Below, in pieces: positions 34,901 through 48,490 of a stretch of DNA of 64,000 nt; the first letter of the stretch is position 1; every line of letters starts with the position of its first letter. The notes below the pieces were generated by a model. The model was given only the letters and a program-made list of their open reading frames with translations. It did no database searches and was not told the DNA's origin. Source of the stretch: Mizuhopecten yessoensis (taxonomy: Eukaryota). The DNA is taken from positions 128,161-192,160 of the forward strand of contig NW_018405306.1 of assembly GCF_002113885.1 (NCBI RefSeq), written 5' to 3'. Made by a program: the position numbers and the translations under genes.

Positions 34901-37659
34901 TGCTTATTGGACACTGACTTAGTGCTTATTGGAAACTGACTTAGTGCTTATTAGACACTGTAGACTTAGTGCTTATTGGACACTGCCTTAGTGCTTATTG
35001 GCCACTGACTTAGTGCTTATTGGACACTGTAGGCTTAGTGCTTACTGGACACTGTCTTAGTGCTTATTGGACACTGCCTTAGTGCTTATTGGACACTGAC
35101 TTAGTGCTTAATGGACACTGACTTAGTGCTTATTGTACACTGTAGACTTAATGCTTATTGGACACTGCCTTTTTTAGTGCTTATTGGACACTGCCTTAGT
35201 GCTTATTGGACACTGCAGACTTAATGCTTATTGGACACTGTAGACTTAATGCTTATTGGACACTACCTTAGTGCTTATTGGACACTGCCTTAGTGCTTAT
35301 TGGCCACTGACTTAGTGCTTATTGGACACTGTAGGCTTAGTGCTTATTGGACACTGTCTTAGTGCTTATTGGACACTGCCTTAGTGCTTATTGGCCACTG
35401 ACTTAGTGCTTATTGGACACTGTAGGCTTAGTGCTTATTGGACACTGACTTAGTGCTTAATGGACACTGACTTAGTGCGTATTGGACACTGTAGACGTAA
35501 TGCTTATTGGACACTGACTTAGTGCTTATTGGAAACTGACTTAGTGCTTATTAGACACTGTAGACTTAGTGCTTATTGGACACTGCCTTAGTGCTTATTG
35601 GCCACTGACTTAGTGCTTATTGGACACTGTAGGCTTAGTGCTTACTGGACACTGTCTTAGTGCTTATTGGACACTGTAGACTTAATTCTTATTGGACACT
35701 GACTTAGTGCTTATTGGACACTGCCTTAGTGCTTATTGGCCACTGACTTAGTGCTTATTGGACACTGTAGGCTTAGTGCTTATTGGACACTTACTTAGTG
35801 CTTATTAGACACTGCCTTAGTGCTTATTAGACACTGCCTTAATGCTTATTGGACACTGTAGACTTAGTGCTTATTGGACACTGCCTTAGTGCTTATTGGA
35901 CACTGCAGACTTAATGCTTATTGGACACTGTAGACTTAATGCTTAGTGGACACTGCCTTTTTTAGTGCTTATTGGACACTGCCTTAGTGCTTATTGGCCA
36001 CTGACTTAGTGCTTATTGGACACTGTAGGCTTAGTGCTTACTGGACACTGTCTTAGTGCTTATTGGACACTGTAGACTTAATGCTTATGGGACACTGACT
36101 TAGTGCTTATTGGACACTGACTAAGTGCTTAATGGACACTGACTTAGTGCTTATTAGACACTGCCTTAGTGGTTATTAGACACTGCCTTAGTGCTTATTG
36201 GACACTGTAGACTTAATTCTTATTGGACACTGACTTAGTGCTTATTGGACGCTGACTTAGTGCTTATTGGTCACTGTAGGCTTAGTGCTTATTGGACACT
36301 GACTTAGTGCATATTAGACACTGCCTTAGTGCTTATTAGACACTGCCTTAATGCTTATTGGACACTGTAGACTTTGTGCTTATTGGACACTGACTTAGTG
36401 CTTATTTGACACTGTAGGCTTAGTGCTTATTGGACACTTACTTAGTGCTTATTAGACACTGCCTTAGTGCTTATTAGACACTGCCTTAGTGCTTATTGGA
36501 CACTGTAGGCTTAGTGCTTATTGGACACTGTCTTAGTGCTTATTGGACACTGTAGACTTAATGCGTATTGGACACTGACTTAGTGCTTATTGGACACTGA
36601 CTTAGTGCTTATTTGACACTGTAGGCTTAGTGCTTATTGGACACTGACTTAGTGCCTATTGGACACTGACTTAGTGTTTGTTGGCCACTGACTTTGTGTT
36701 TAATGAACACTAACTTAGTGCTTATTGGACCCTGACTTAGTGCTTATTTGACGCTGTAGGCTTAGTGCTTATTGGACACTAACTTAGTGCTTAATGGACA
36801 CTGACTTAGTCCTTATTGGCCACTTACTTAGTGATTATTGGCCACTGACTTAGTGTTTAATGGACACTGACTTAGTGTTTGTTGGCCACTGACTTTGTGT
36901 TTAATGAACACTAACTTAGTGCTTATTGGACCCTGACTTAGTCCTTATTGGCCACTTACTTAGTGATTATTGGCCACTGACTTAGTGCTTAATGGACCCT
37001 GACTTAGTGCTTATTTGACGCTGTAGGCTTAGTGCTTATTGGACACTTACTTAGTGCTTATTGGACACTAACTTAGTGCTTAATGGACACTGGTTTAGTG
37101 CTTATTGGACACTTACTTAGTGCTTATTAGACACTGCCTTAGTGGTTATTAGACACTGCCTTAGTGGTTATTAGACACTGCCTTAGTGCTTATTGGACAC
37201 TTACTTAGTGCTTATTAGACACTGACTTAGTGCTTATTAGACACTGGAGGCTTAATGCTTATTGGACACTGCCTTAGTGCTTTTTGGCCACTGACTTAGT
37301 GCTTATTGGTCACTGTAGGCTTAGTGCTTTGCTTTTACATTATCCTTATTTATCTTAGTGCTTTCTTATGAATTTCAGTTGTCTCTTATTTAGCATGTTG
37401 AGTATAGCTGATGTGTTGGCATGAACTACTAGCGGTATATGTCATGTCATGTCTTAGTACTGTGGTGTCTCTTTCTGTGTTATAAATTAGTCTAGATTGC
37501 ATGTTTTGTGTAGATTTTAGAATATAGATGTAGTTGTATAACATTGTACGTAGCTTACTATACTATTGTGATATCCATGTCTAGTCGGTAAATAGCTCTT
37601 TAGAGATAATGTTATTTGTTACAACTTGTCCGACTCTAAATAAATATTATTTGATTTGA
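31950..37659 (+). mobile_element. 5'-truncated, frameshifted CR1/L2-group LINE, including a 3' UTR that carries a minisatellite
   Basis: RT motifs VVPLHKK, NYRQVSVLPVLSKIFE, LSKAFD (about 32910), PQRSILGP, YADD (33161) and C-terminal LWNSLP, broken by stops and frameshifts. The 3' end has a stem-loop, AATAAA at 37639 and an (ATTTG) tail. Confidence 0.88.
33981..37329. repeat. Minisatellite of 22/25-bp units TTAGTGCTTATTGGACACTG+(AC|CC|TAGAC|TAGGC), roughly 145 copies
   Basis: Directly visible tandem array; copy number estimated from length divided by mean unit size. Confidence 0.98.
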
Positions 37660-37664
37660 AAAGC

Positions 37665-38303
37665 CTGAGTACCCGGATCGAACAATCCTCGGGGAGGCTC
37701 AGTAAAACTTGTCTAAACCAATCGAACAATCGCCGAGACCCAATTAAACCTGTATACACTGAACAAACAACCGCCGGGGAGATCCAGTCAAACCTGGTTA
37801 CACCGATTGAACAACCGCCAGAGAGATCCAGTAAAACCTGTCTAAAACGAACGACCAACCGCCGGGATATCAATTTAATCCTGTATACACTGAACGAACA
37901 TCCGCCGGGGTGATCCAATTAAACCTGGCTAAATCGATCGAACAATCGCCGGGGTGATCCAGTTAAGCCTGCTTACACCGAACATTCAATTGCTAGGGAG
38001 ACTCAATTAAAACCTGTATATGATGAACGAACATCCACTGGGGAGAGCCAGTTAAACCTGGCTAGAGCGATCGAACAACCGCCGGGGTGATCCAGTTAAG
38101 CTTACACCGAACGAACAATCGGTGAGATCCAGTTAAACCTGTCTAAACCGACGGAACAATCGGCGAGATCCAGTTAAACTGTTCTAAACCGATCGAACAA
38201 CCGCCGGGGTGATCCAGTTAAGTATGCTTACACCAAACAAACAATCGGCGAGAAAAAGTTAAACCTGTCTAAAGCGATAGAACAACTGCCAGGGATCCAA
38301 TTG
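37665..38303. repeat. Diverged tandem repeat with a 40-44-bp unit (GAACAACCGCCGGGGTGATCCAGTTAAACCTGTCTAAACCGATC-like), about 15 copies
   Basis: Recurring gaacaa(c/t)cgcc and ccagttaaacct motifs. Confidence 0.9.
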
Positions 38304-39155
38304 AAAATTTTACAATTCACTATTTTCTAGAAATACATGTAGGTTACACACTGGATTAAAACAAGCACTACATATGGATGACCTAAAGGGCATGTCACTG
38401 ACCAGTTCACATGTAAACAGGCAGACAGTGAACCTATAGGTACTTGGCAAACCAAATTAGTGTTTATAAAGGGCAGTATACCATCACTAATCGCGTTTTG
38501 TCATTTTTCTATAAAGCGCTTTCAATGCGTGTAAACGTTGCTCTTCTCCATTTCAACTGCTGAATTTCCTAAAATGTATGGTTGGTTAGACTGGGATTTT
38601 TGTTAGTATTACTATTTGAATTTAGTGGGCGGTACAAGTATTGGTATGACGTCACACAACCATACCTGGTGTTGCGTAACTAAGTTATATCATGATACTG
38701 TAAACTGAACGATTGTGGTCGTTGACGTGTATATAGATATATATTTTTTATTCTTTGTTGTCTGTTTCCGGTTTGACCTGCTGCAGACGACCAGTTCCCG
38801 GTACGTTGTGGATCTCATTTGATACATTGTTTACAAACAATACAATCCGTTACCGTTGTCATTCAAGCAATAAACTGCTTCCAGCTGGCATTTATAAACA
38901 ACATGAATGCCAACGGAACAAAGTCAAATTAAATATGAAGTGCACATAATTTCTGTGAATGCCAACATGCCAAATGAAAGCATTTCGTTGCTTATATTTA
39001 CCATTTTCTGGGATTTTCTAATCTCATAGAAAATTTAATTAATAGTTTAAATTAGTGTATGCAGACTAGATGTCATAAGTTTGTTCAACAAAAGAACATA
39101 TATCTGTCCAGGAAGGGTAAGTCACGGGTATCCAACGTAACGATGATGTCATCAA

Positions 39156-39700
39156 AATAATAATAATAATAATAATAATATACAGCATTTATATAGCGCC
39201 CTATATAATTTGTAAAATTACTCTAAGGCGCTTTGCAACATATGGATAAAAGTAATAGTTATAATTGTGAAAACAAACAACAAAGGCTTGCAATCACTTT
39301 CATACATTTAACAAGCAATGTGCACATAATTGAACAAATAAAAGGGTGGTATTTACATGACGTCTTTGCAAAGATTCTAAAATGCAGACGTGAAGAGGGG
39401 AGTTTGTATGTCCCTCTTGAACTTGGCCAGGGCATTTGACTTCCTAATAGCAGATGGTAAGCTATTCCACAACGTAGCCGAAAACCTCCCAAAGCATCTG
39501 TTTCTGTAGGTCACAGTACAAGATTTTGGGACACACAACAAAGATTCTGACTCCGACCGCAGTGATCTTGACGGCTGATACAGGGTAACAAGCTCCTGTA
39601 GGTACTGAGGAGCTGTTCGATTCAGTGCCTTGTATGTGTATACCAGAATTTTGTACTGCGACCAAAATAATGATGAGGAGTCGGATACTTAGATTCATAT
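39156..39700 (-). mobile_element. 3' fragment of an L2-type LINE with a (TTA)n tail
   Basis: The minus strand reads ...LWNSLPSAIRKS...KFK. 3' end aagcgccttagag...gggcgctatataaatgctgtata followed by (tta)n. Confidence 0.75.
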
Positions 39701-40066
39701 CTGATATGAATGCCCTTTTGATCTGGAAGGTTTATAAACTTACAATGTCATAATATGGTCAATATGAACATTTGGGTATATTAAGGGTATTTTCTCCACT
39801 GATGTAAAAACACTACACAAACTACAAATATCCATTTGCCGTCTAACCCTAGGCACCGCGAGTAGTCGGCGTTTAATGCAGAAAAATATACATGCTACAT
39901 ACAAGCACAATTGACAAAGATGTGTCACCACAATTACACTCGTAAACAAAACTCGCCATCTGTTATTCAAAAACATCCTTCCCCATCTTAAACCAAAAAC
40001 CCTGCCGCCCAGGAAAAACCGGTGCTGCCCCCGGAAACCTGTGTCCTATTGCCAGGCGCGGATTTA

Positions 40067-40355
40067 NNNNNNNNNNNNNNNNNNNNNNNNNNNNNNNNNN
40101 NNNNNNNNNNNNNNNNNNNNNNNNNNNNNNNNNNNNNNNNNNNNNNNNNNNNNNNNNNNNNNNNNNNNNNNNNNNNNNNNNNNNNNNNNNNNNNNNNNNN
40201 NNNNNNNNNNNNNNNNNNNNNNNNNNNNNNNNNNNNNNNNNNNNNNNNNNNNNNNNNNNNNNNNNNNNNNNNNNNNNNNNNNNNNNNNNNNNNNNNNNNN
40301 NNNNNNNNNNNNNNNNNNNNNNNNNNNNNNNNNNNNNNNNNNNNNNNNNNNNNNN
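40067..40355. other. Assembly gap (N run)
   Basis: Run of N bases. Confidence 1.
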
Positions 40356-40789
40356 TTTTTTTCGGCTGACAATATTATGTATAATCGACTAAACATATCC
40401 ATTCAATTATTTTGGTATTATATATATTGTTGGAACTGTTTAACTATCTTGTATGTACAACATAATATCTCATTGTGGTACTTATAGCTTACCATCGTGT
40501 ACGTACAAGAAAATATCTTCACACAGCATACTATTGTGTACGTAGTAATAAGTTGTACGTACCAGAATGAGATGATATGCTGTTCTTACAAGTATGATAA
40601 TTTTAAATTAAATTTAAAGGTGACGCGTATGTGCCTCCTAAGTTGTACCATTTTAACCATATAGCTTAGCAAATGTACCACCGTTGGTAATATGCACTCC
40701 CTTTCATGAATTAATCAGCGTGGACATTTCAGATATATCATTGTCTACACTAATGAATTAGTCAACAATTATAAAACGCGAGACTATAT

Positions 40790-40901
40790 CAGGGGCGGGT
40801 CCAGGTGAGGGCGTAATGGGCGTAATGGGCGTACGCACACCGTTGACTATTGAGAAAAAATTATCGGCCCCCCCTTTTAGGAAATTCTGGATCCGCCCCT
40901 G
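40790..40901. mobile_element. Short MITE with CAGGGGCGG(A/G)TCCAG terminal inverted repeats
   Basis: caggggcgggtccag ... ctggatccgcccctg. Confidence 0.7.
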
Positions 40902-41540
40902 ATTGCCGACATGCAATAATAGAGGCGGGAGAACTACTACAGCCCATTGCAGGATGGTCTAGGAGTAACGCTGGACCTGCGTTTATTTTCACATGTATTT
41001 ATCAATTATGTCTGTCAATACAAAAAATACAAAAAAAATTACGAAACCTTTACAACCTTCTCTCTATTTTTCGAGACAAAATCAAATAAAATGAATTCAC
41101 CAAAACTGTGAACCCCAATACCACCGTATTAAAAATGCAAAGTACTGCCTAGCTGCATATATCTACCTCCCTGACTAAAGAATGCCTTTACCCAGAACAT
41201 ACCACGTGACCACGCGATAGCGCCCGTGCGCCATGTTCTTACCTTTTATCTACTACCGAAACGCGGGAATATTTGATTCCCCGCACGTCTAACTGTCACA
41301 AATTGTACCTACGCATTGAAAACTATTTTACTGACATGACTATATAGCTTATGAATTCGTTTAAAAAGAAATCCATACCTTGCAGAACTTGTATCTAAAA
41401 AATGAAATAAAAAACATACAATCAAAAGAAAGCAATGTTCGTTATCTTCAAAATTAGAGATTCAAACTCTAAACTTCAGATTGTTGAACTATCGTTCTAA
41501 CCGACTGAGGTAGGGAAGACCTGGTCTGCATTTCCTGGTC

Positions 41541-41636
41541 GGTGGTCGGGTGACGCTGTGGATAGCGCATTTGCCTTTCACCAAGGCGTCCGAGGTTCGA
41601 TTCCCCTATCGGACGTGAACATGTATGGGGTTACCT
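41541..41636 (+). mobile_element. Truncated tRNA-derived SINE head
   Basis: A-box-like TGACGCTGTGG and B-box GGTTCGATTCC at about 41595; no complete cloverleaf. Confidence 0.6.
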
Positions 41637-44600
41637 TCCAGATGCACGTTCGCTCATCCTGGAATCATGATTTGGCGTCGCCATCTTGAAACAGTAATCA
41701 TGGATTAAATGTCATCCCCTTCATCATCTTGAATCTCCATAACGTGACTTAATTTGTGTAACTTGACGTCATGGCGCTCTGCTCTCAAATATATGTAAAA
41801 TGACTTCTGTCCTAAAATCCTAGAGTTTAGCTTTTTAAAATCAATTCACTAACGCCTTCCGTTTTCTAAACTCTGTAATGCAACTCTATGTCGCATTATA
41901 TAAATGATGCCATGTTTTTATTATTTTAAACATTTGGATTTTTAAATTTACGTGACGTCATGCATTATTAAAATGTATGGTGGTTTTTTCCATTACACGA
42001 CTCGTAGAGCACCGGAAGATAACATGATATGCCGCACTTCCCTGGCAATCGATACGGAAATCCGCCCTGAATTACTGCAGATATTGTTCTCATTACTAGT
42101 AACCATTTCCATCCTACAATGTGTCAATGTCCAAGATGGCGTCGGGATCTGCTCCGAAGCGGCAAGGATCAAAATATGCAGGTATTTGAAGTAACTGATG
42201 CATTTACAATTGTCAGTGATTGTTTTGTTTATCAAATGTTGACCGAACTATAAGATAAAAGCCATTTAAGTTCCTTATTCTAACGTTTTGGTCAAACTCT
42301 AGGCTCCGTTCACGTTAACCAGTAGTTAATGAAAAATTAAAATTGATGCCACTAAAAAGTAAGAGTTTTCAAAATAGAATAAACTCTCAAATCATATTGA
42401 TCTTATCTATCTCAATAATATATAGCAATGGAATGATATCAGAGCCTTTGAATTATATTGTATTCATATTTCATATTTTTCCTAACCACTGCATGGTTTA
42501 CTCTTACCAACCTTCTTCTTGATACGAGTCATACTCATTTTAAGTGTAATTGACTCAGCGCAGCTCGAGACGATATAACGCCTCCAATTAAAACAGGGTA
42601 TATGAGAAATCAGAAGCTAAATCTTAAGTTAGAACTATGTACATGGGGATTAATAAGTGCTTTTTTAGATTTGGTGTTACTGGGGCCAGGGGATGGTACT
42701 CCAAAGGTGTTACCTTGACTACTTGTTCTGATAATTTGTTGCATTCCCCTGGTGGATCCTGGGAAGACTTTGAGTGGTACAAGATGTTCTTCTTTACTCT
42801 ATCCTGACCTTTGAGCATCCGGGGTCAGTTGTTATCCGTTGGTAATTCACAAAACCTGTCATTATACGAGTCACGAAATGTAAAAGAAAAATATCCGTGT
42901 CTTTTTATATGTCTTCGCGGTTTTGTTACTTGCGTATCGGAATTGGCTGTGATTGGATGGTCAACTTCTGTTTTATAGGATTTACTTAATACGACGGTAT
43001 AAATGTTGGCCTACGACGACGGAATTTGACGTCACGTTGTTTTAAATTTATCATAAGTTAACATGCTGCAGCAGTTTCGGAGAATTTTCAGCAGTGTTGT
43101 CTCATATATATATATAAATCTCTTGGCAAAGATGGCGAATTATAGGTTAAACTTGTGTGTCTTTCCGTTAATTTTGAGCAGTTATCATGAGCGACAGTGC
43201 ACAATTTCTTCTAGACAATATTTTTGTTTATTCGTCCTTGCATCCTTCCACTCGTTTGCCGGGCTCGTAACGCCTAGAACAGCTTACATTGTAACGTCAC
43301 CTAAATGCTTTTTCTTCTTATGACGTCTCATGTTATGCGAGGCGGAATGAGAAGCGTCAAAATGACTGATCTAGTTCTTTATGAACCCAGCTTTTTCATA
43401 AAATAACACTCTCTATATATATCACTGCACTCCTCCACGGTGATCAATTACAAAAATATATAAAAATAAGAAATCAAATAAAAGCAAGAGTCTAAATCGA
43501 TAATTTTGCTGGTGTTCTAAAACACATTTGCACACGGCTTTAGCGTTTTTGCTACTGGTAACACCTACCATACGACATACGTATTGGATACAGACATACT
43601 AATATAACCCACATATATAGTACATACAATTCAATCAGAATCCGTATATATAGCGCTTTAAGGTTTTAAGGAGACAGTAACATGTGATGATAAATGACCA
43701 CCGCCAGGGGGCGTAATTTCTCATAAAAATGATGTCATGTATACACATTGCGATTTCTACGGATAGACAATGGCGCTGTCTTTACTGATTAAAGCTGCAG
43801 TTGTTTGTATATTCAATATAACTCATGAGGAACAAAAACAGGAGTGTATATCACAAAGTTAAAATATGTATCAAACGGTATGACATTTTATTTTGTTATC
43901 AAAATTGAATGTTTCATAAATGTACTGATTTATTCCGTGTTTTAAAATGTGAACTTGATATATACCTTTCGAGAAACCAATAACATTCTCTCCAGTATAG
44001 ACATTGGTTACCTTTACCAGATTTTATTCATATCCCTACAAAAAACATTTATACAATGATGTATTGCACGACCAAAAAACCCCTAAAACGTCATACCTTC
44101 AATGACGTCACAATATTGACAATGCCTACGCTAGGCTGTGCTCTCTGATTGGTCAATTAATTCGTAATAGTAAAACAAATATCAACTTAATTCTCACTGT
44201 AAAACTTTTACATATATTACATTGGTCAAAATGTAATACTCATATCCAGGGGGCGTAGCTAACCCTTGTTCGGAGTGGATTCATTTAGGAGCAGGTCTAG
44301 GACAGGGCATTGGTAGGGGGGAATGCTTTTTGTACGTTTTACTGCTTAAACAATTGGTGGGCCAACAGAAGTGATTCATATAAGTTGAAATGACCTGTTC
44401 CATAATTGTTGTAAAATAAATATAGGTTATTTTTTTTATTACGCGTATACCCTCCTTTGTCCCTTGCTACGGTTAAACGTGTAACACGTACCTGGCTATG
44501 GTTCCCATTGTATTTTTAAATACGTAAACCATGTATTAATTATTTTCAAACACATGTGAACCATACGCAATGTAAATGGTACACACTTTTACATACGTTC

Positions 44601-47474
44601 ACACGCAGTACACATTTAATGTTAATTAAGTTACCTTAATATGTGTAAACCAGATGTGTGTGTCTGATAAATATGCACACGTGCAACTAACAGCACCTAT
44701 TATGTATAATATTCCGTATTGTTCTTACCTGAAACGCATATCTGTCATGGATCGTGTTAGATATTCATGCTAAGGACATTCTGTCATTACTCACACGTTC
44801 ATTTACCTGTCTATTGGCCAAACCCGTAAGACGTAATATATATATGTGACCAAGCCTTGGGGCTTCCATACTTGGAACTTACCTGTGGATCTATACCGTT
44901 ATTTCTTACCTTTATACAGTTTCGTAAAAGTTTTGTGTGGATTGTAAGAAAACACTTTAAGGTAAGTTTTGATTGTTACGTGCATTATTCAGTTTTTTCA
45001 AAACTTGTGCCTGACAAATATGGTAGTACCACGTGTTCAAAGTGCCACACGGTCACCATCAGCCAGTAGGTACTTCGACAGTTCGTGCGCGTTACCTTAT
45101 AACGCCTACACTAGCCCACAAAACTTCATACTGCATAATCCGTAATGTGCTGATGTGTTTTGTAACGCCTTCATAATATGTCAAGATTGTCGACTTACCT
45201 TGCTTCATTATATATAATGAAACATATTTCACTGGCGTTAATTCTTTAATTCTTTCTTATTCGGTACGTTCCTCAACGGAATTAGATTATCTAAGTCTGT
45301 GGTTCATCTACCCAACCACAATTAGAGAATGGAATGCCCTACCACATACCACCGACAGTGCTATTAGTCTTAATGTTTCAAGACTCACCTACATGAGACA
45401 AACTAGACCACTATACAGGATTTTATAACTTGTGTAGCGCAATACACTTTTTTTCTTCTTTAAATAACTTTAATTTCACCAAAACAAATGTTTCAGTTGA
45501 TAGAAGAGGGGATGGGGGATGGGGGTCACTTAGACATGCCACGTTTGTCTTAATTATCCCGCTGAAGTTAAAAAACAACCTTTTAAAATTAATCTTCGTG
45601 AAGAGTTGTTAAAGAGCTCTGCAGATAATCAAAATGGCGACATATTAACGTTATTAACACTGAAATCTACATGCTATATAACACATGATGAAGAATATGG
45701 CTGATGTGGCTTTATACGTCTCTTGGCTAATTTGACACAAGTGTTTTCAAAATAAAGTTTTTAATTTTGTAAGTTGGTAAAAAAGAGATTTATGGTATTT
45801 GTTATACCCACGAAAATACTGTATGAGAAAATATATGGGTCACATATGCTTACTAAAAGACCCATACACAGCTATATTCTCCTGTCAAAAATCTCGTTTT
45901 GACATACATTGAACAATTACGTCAGCTCTAAAGAATTTATTGAAATTGAACATCAATGTTTCATTCCCAAACAAATTGCAAGCTTCTTTGTTTACCTACA
46001 TGTATGTAAGTATACGGTTTCTCTTCAGCCGAATAAGTTTGCCCTTCAAGCACTCAGCTGGAGACAGGTTGACAGCTAACTGTCTGATGCTGGTATTAGC
46101 GGTCTCTGTGGGACACAGCAGACAGATTTCATCTACACGACACGTTTTCTACAGACACACGACAGCTATCGACACATAGTTACGACACAATGCACTAAAA
46201 TATGAGAACAAACTACAGTATACATACATATACAACTAAACCAAGTAATGCCCACGGCCTGTGATCGCCGAGGGCCAGACAATTGTCCAAAATTACATTA
46301 GCTACATCATACATTCACACACCTGTGTTAATAGCAATGGATTATATTGATGTACACTATACGTGTCAGCGTAGTCTCTTTAGTAGAGCATCACGGGATT
46401 ATCAGAGTCCGTGGCAGCATGTCGCAACCCTATGTAAGAATAAAGAGAACTTCTGATTAAATCATATCCTACATTCTCTAAAGTGATACGTAGTGAATGT
46501 AGGATATGATTTTAATCAGATTGGTGAATATATCTATCAAGTTGAAAAAACCCGTCATGGCCATTTTGTTGTCTTTTGCTATTGACTCTCTATGAAAGTG
46601 CAATTATGTGTAGTATCTTAATTACTTCAGTCACGGAATATCATATTACTATCCAGAGACATATAAAGTCAGTAGTATATATGCGTCTCTGCAGAGACGT
46701 ATTGGCTTTATACGTCTCTGGTCTCTGTACTATCTTAGTCCACGGACTTAGATATCTAATCTAATTCCGTGCTAAGTCCTTGCTTCAGTATTGTTGACTG
46801 GTAACACAATTAATTGCTTCTTTTCGTTTTTATTTCGAAAATTGCAAGTATCTATTTTACGAAATTTAGTACTTTGTCGGATAAACATCACTCCTCATAT
46901 AAAATCGGACTTTAGCAAGACTACTAGTCAACATAAAACGTGGCCTTTGATTTTAAATAAGTGAATTTCGTGAATAAAATTATGAATTGTGTTTTACTGC
47001 AATAATACGAATAAGAATAGAATGCTAATTACATTACGGCATAATCTTCAGTCTGCTGAAGCAGGTCAATTAAGCGTAATTGGTAGAGTTGAAACTTTCG
47101 TCCCTATGGTAACAAACCACGAAGATTTAGCGACTGGCTGGTTAGCTTAATTAATTTTCAAAATAATGTTTTCGGTATGTTTTATAATTTCTATTGAATC
47201 ATCAACAAAAAGTCCTGTATTTATTATAATTATATCTATCTATATACACTTATTCATAGCTATGATGTTAAAAATTATCTTTAAGAGGGAGAGTTTAGCT
47301 AATGTAAGCTGACTAATAGTAGGCTTTCGTCGATCGCTCACAACCTGTCACAATGTCAAAAAATGAAAGCAGACCCTCGTTGTGCATATACACCTGTTTA
47401 CCGTCTCTAATGAATGCAATATCACAAATACCATATTGTTTGTACATAAGAACTTTGTAATTTATTTGTTTCAG

Positions 47475-47521
47475 TTGCTAGCAGACGAAGTCTAGCAGAA
47501 CACTCATTCTTTTACGAGAAG
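47475..47521 (+). other. Candidate non-coding exon of an unidentified + strand gene
   Basis: tttgtttcag acceptor and AAG|gtaaga donor. A possible promoter lies upstream (AAAATGGCGA at 45631). Confidence 0.35.
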
Positions 47522-47591
47522 GTAAGAAAACTGGTTCGACATGGGCCTATCAAAATGATCGTTACATTTTACCGACAGATGGCGTACCAAC

Positions 47592-47630
47592 ATGGCTGAA
47601 AAAGAAGACTTGGGTTATGAACAAACACTG
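47592..47630 (+). CDS. Candidate first coding exon of an unidentified gene (MAEKEDLGYEQTL)
   Basis: Good Kozak context AACATGG and donor CTG|gtaaag. Product not recognised. Confidence 0.35.
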
Positions 47631-47884
47631 GTAAAGTTGATTTTTTCTTTTACCAAACGTTATTTTAGTTTCTAATATAAATTGACTCATTTATCTAAAC
47701 AAACAGTCATATTTAGAGTAATTTAATCATACAATTATGGGATGTAACCTAATAATAAACTATTGAGAGTAAAAACATCGTCTGGTCTATGTCCTGTTGA
47801 CAACATTACTATACTGTACTGTACAGTATAGTATAGGCATAGCTTGTTGAACCCTACTGTGTAGTAGGCTAGTATTGGATATGG

Positions 47885-48490
47885 ATCTATTAAATACCTA
47901 GGATTCAACATCACCAATGACCGACACTGGGGAAAACACATAGATGAGATATGCAACAAATCTTATAAGACATTAGGATTATTGAAAAGAAATCTTTCGT
48001 CATAATTATAATATTTATTCAGGTAAAAGGCAAATAATACACTTCTATCACATTTTGCAGATTGGACAAAAATATATATATAATATCACAGAATGAGATC
48101 TTCTTAAATAAGTTATTTATGCCATAAGATTAGAAGTCAGTCAGGTGTTAAAAACTGGATTGGATTAGATTAATTTAGGCCATGTCCGCTTGAAGTTAAA
48201 CTCCAGGCATATAAAGGACTCATACGACCTGTCCTCGAATATGCGAGCACTGCCTGGGACCCACACCAAATATATCTCCAAGATCAGCTGGAAAATGTAC
48301 AGAAAAGAGCGGCAAGGTTCATACCATCAAATTACAATTACGGCCCAGGTAGTATGATAGCAATTTTAGACCAGCTGCAACTACCATCCCTAAAAGATCT
48401 TCAAACTCAAAACAGACTTCTACAAAGGCATACACGGTCAAGCCAACTTACCATCTAATCAATTGAAAGAACCATCTAGGACGACCAAGA
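47885..48490 (+). mobile_element. CR1-type LINE RT C-terminal fragment, split by an insertion of about 180 bp
   Basis: IKYLGFNITND...LGLLKRNLSS (to 48002) resumes at 48183 as CPLEVKLQAYKGLIRPVLEYASTAWDPHQ...LENVQKRAARFI. Confidence 0.85.

Noticed and set aside
33981-37329. CRISPR-like appearance of a constant 20-bp repeat with variable linkers
   Set aside because: Linkers are only 2-5 nt from a small fixed set, there are no unique spacers or cas genes, and the context is eukaryotic. It is a minisatellite.
37619-37918. ORFs within tandem repeats (also 63154-63420)
   Set aside because: Translations of satellite units with no splice or homology support.
40022-40487. ORFs spanning the N run
   Set aside because: Artefacts of the assembly gap.
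41541-41612. Possible tRNA gene
   Set aside because: A and B boxes are present but there is no complete cloverleaf or T-run terminator; it continues as SINE-like sequence.
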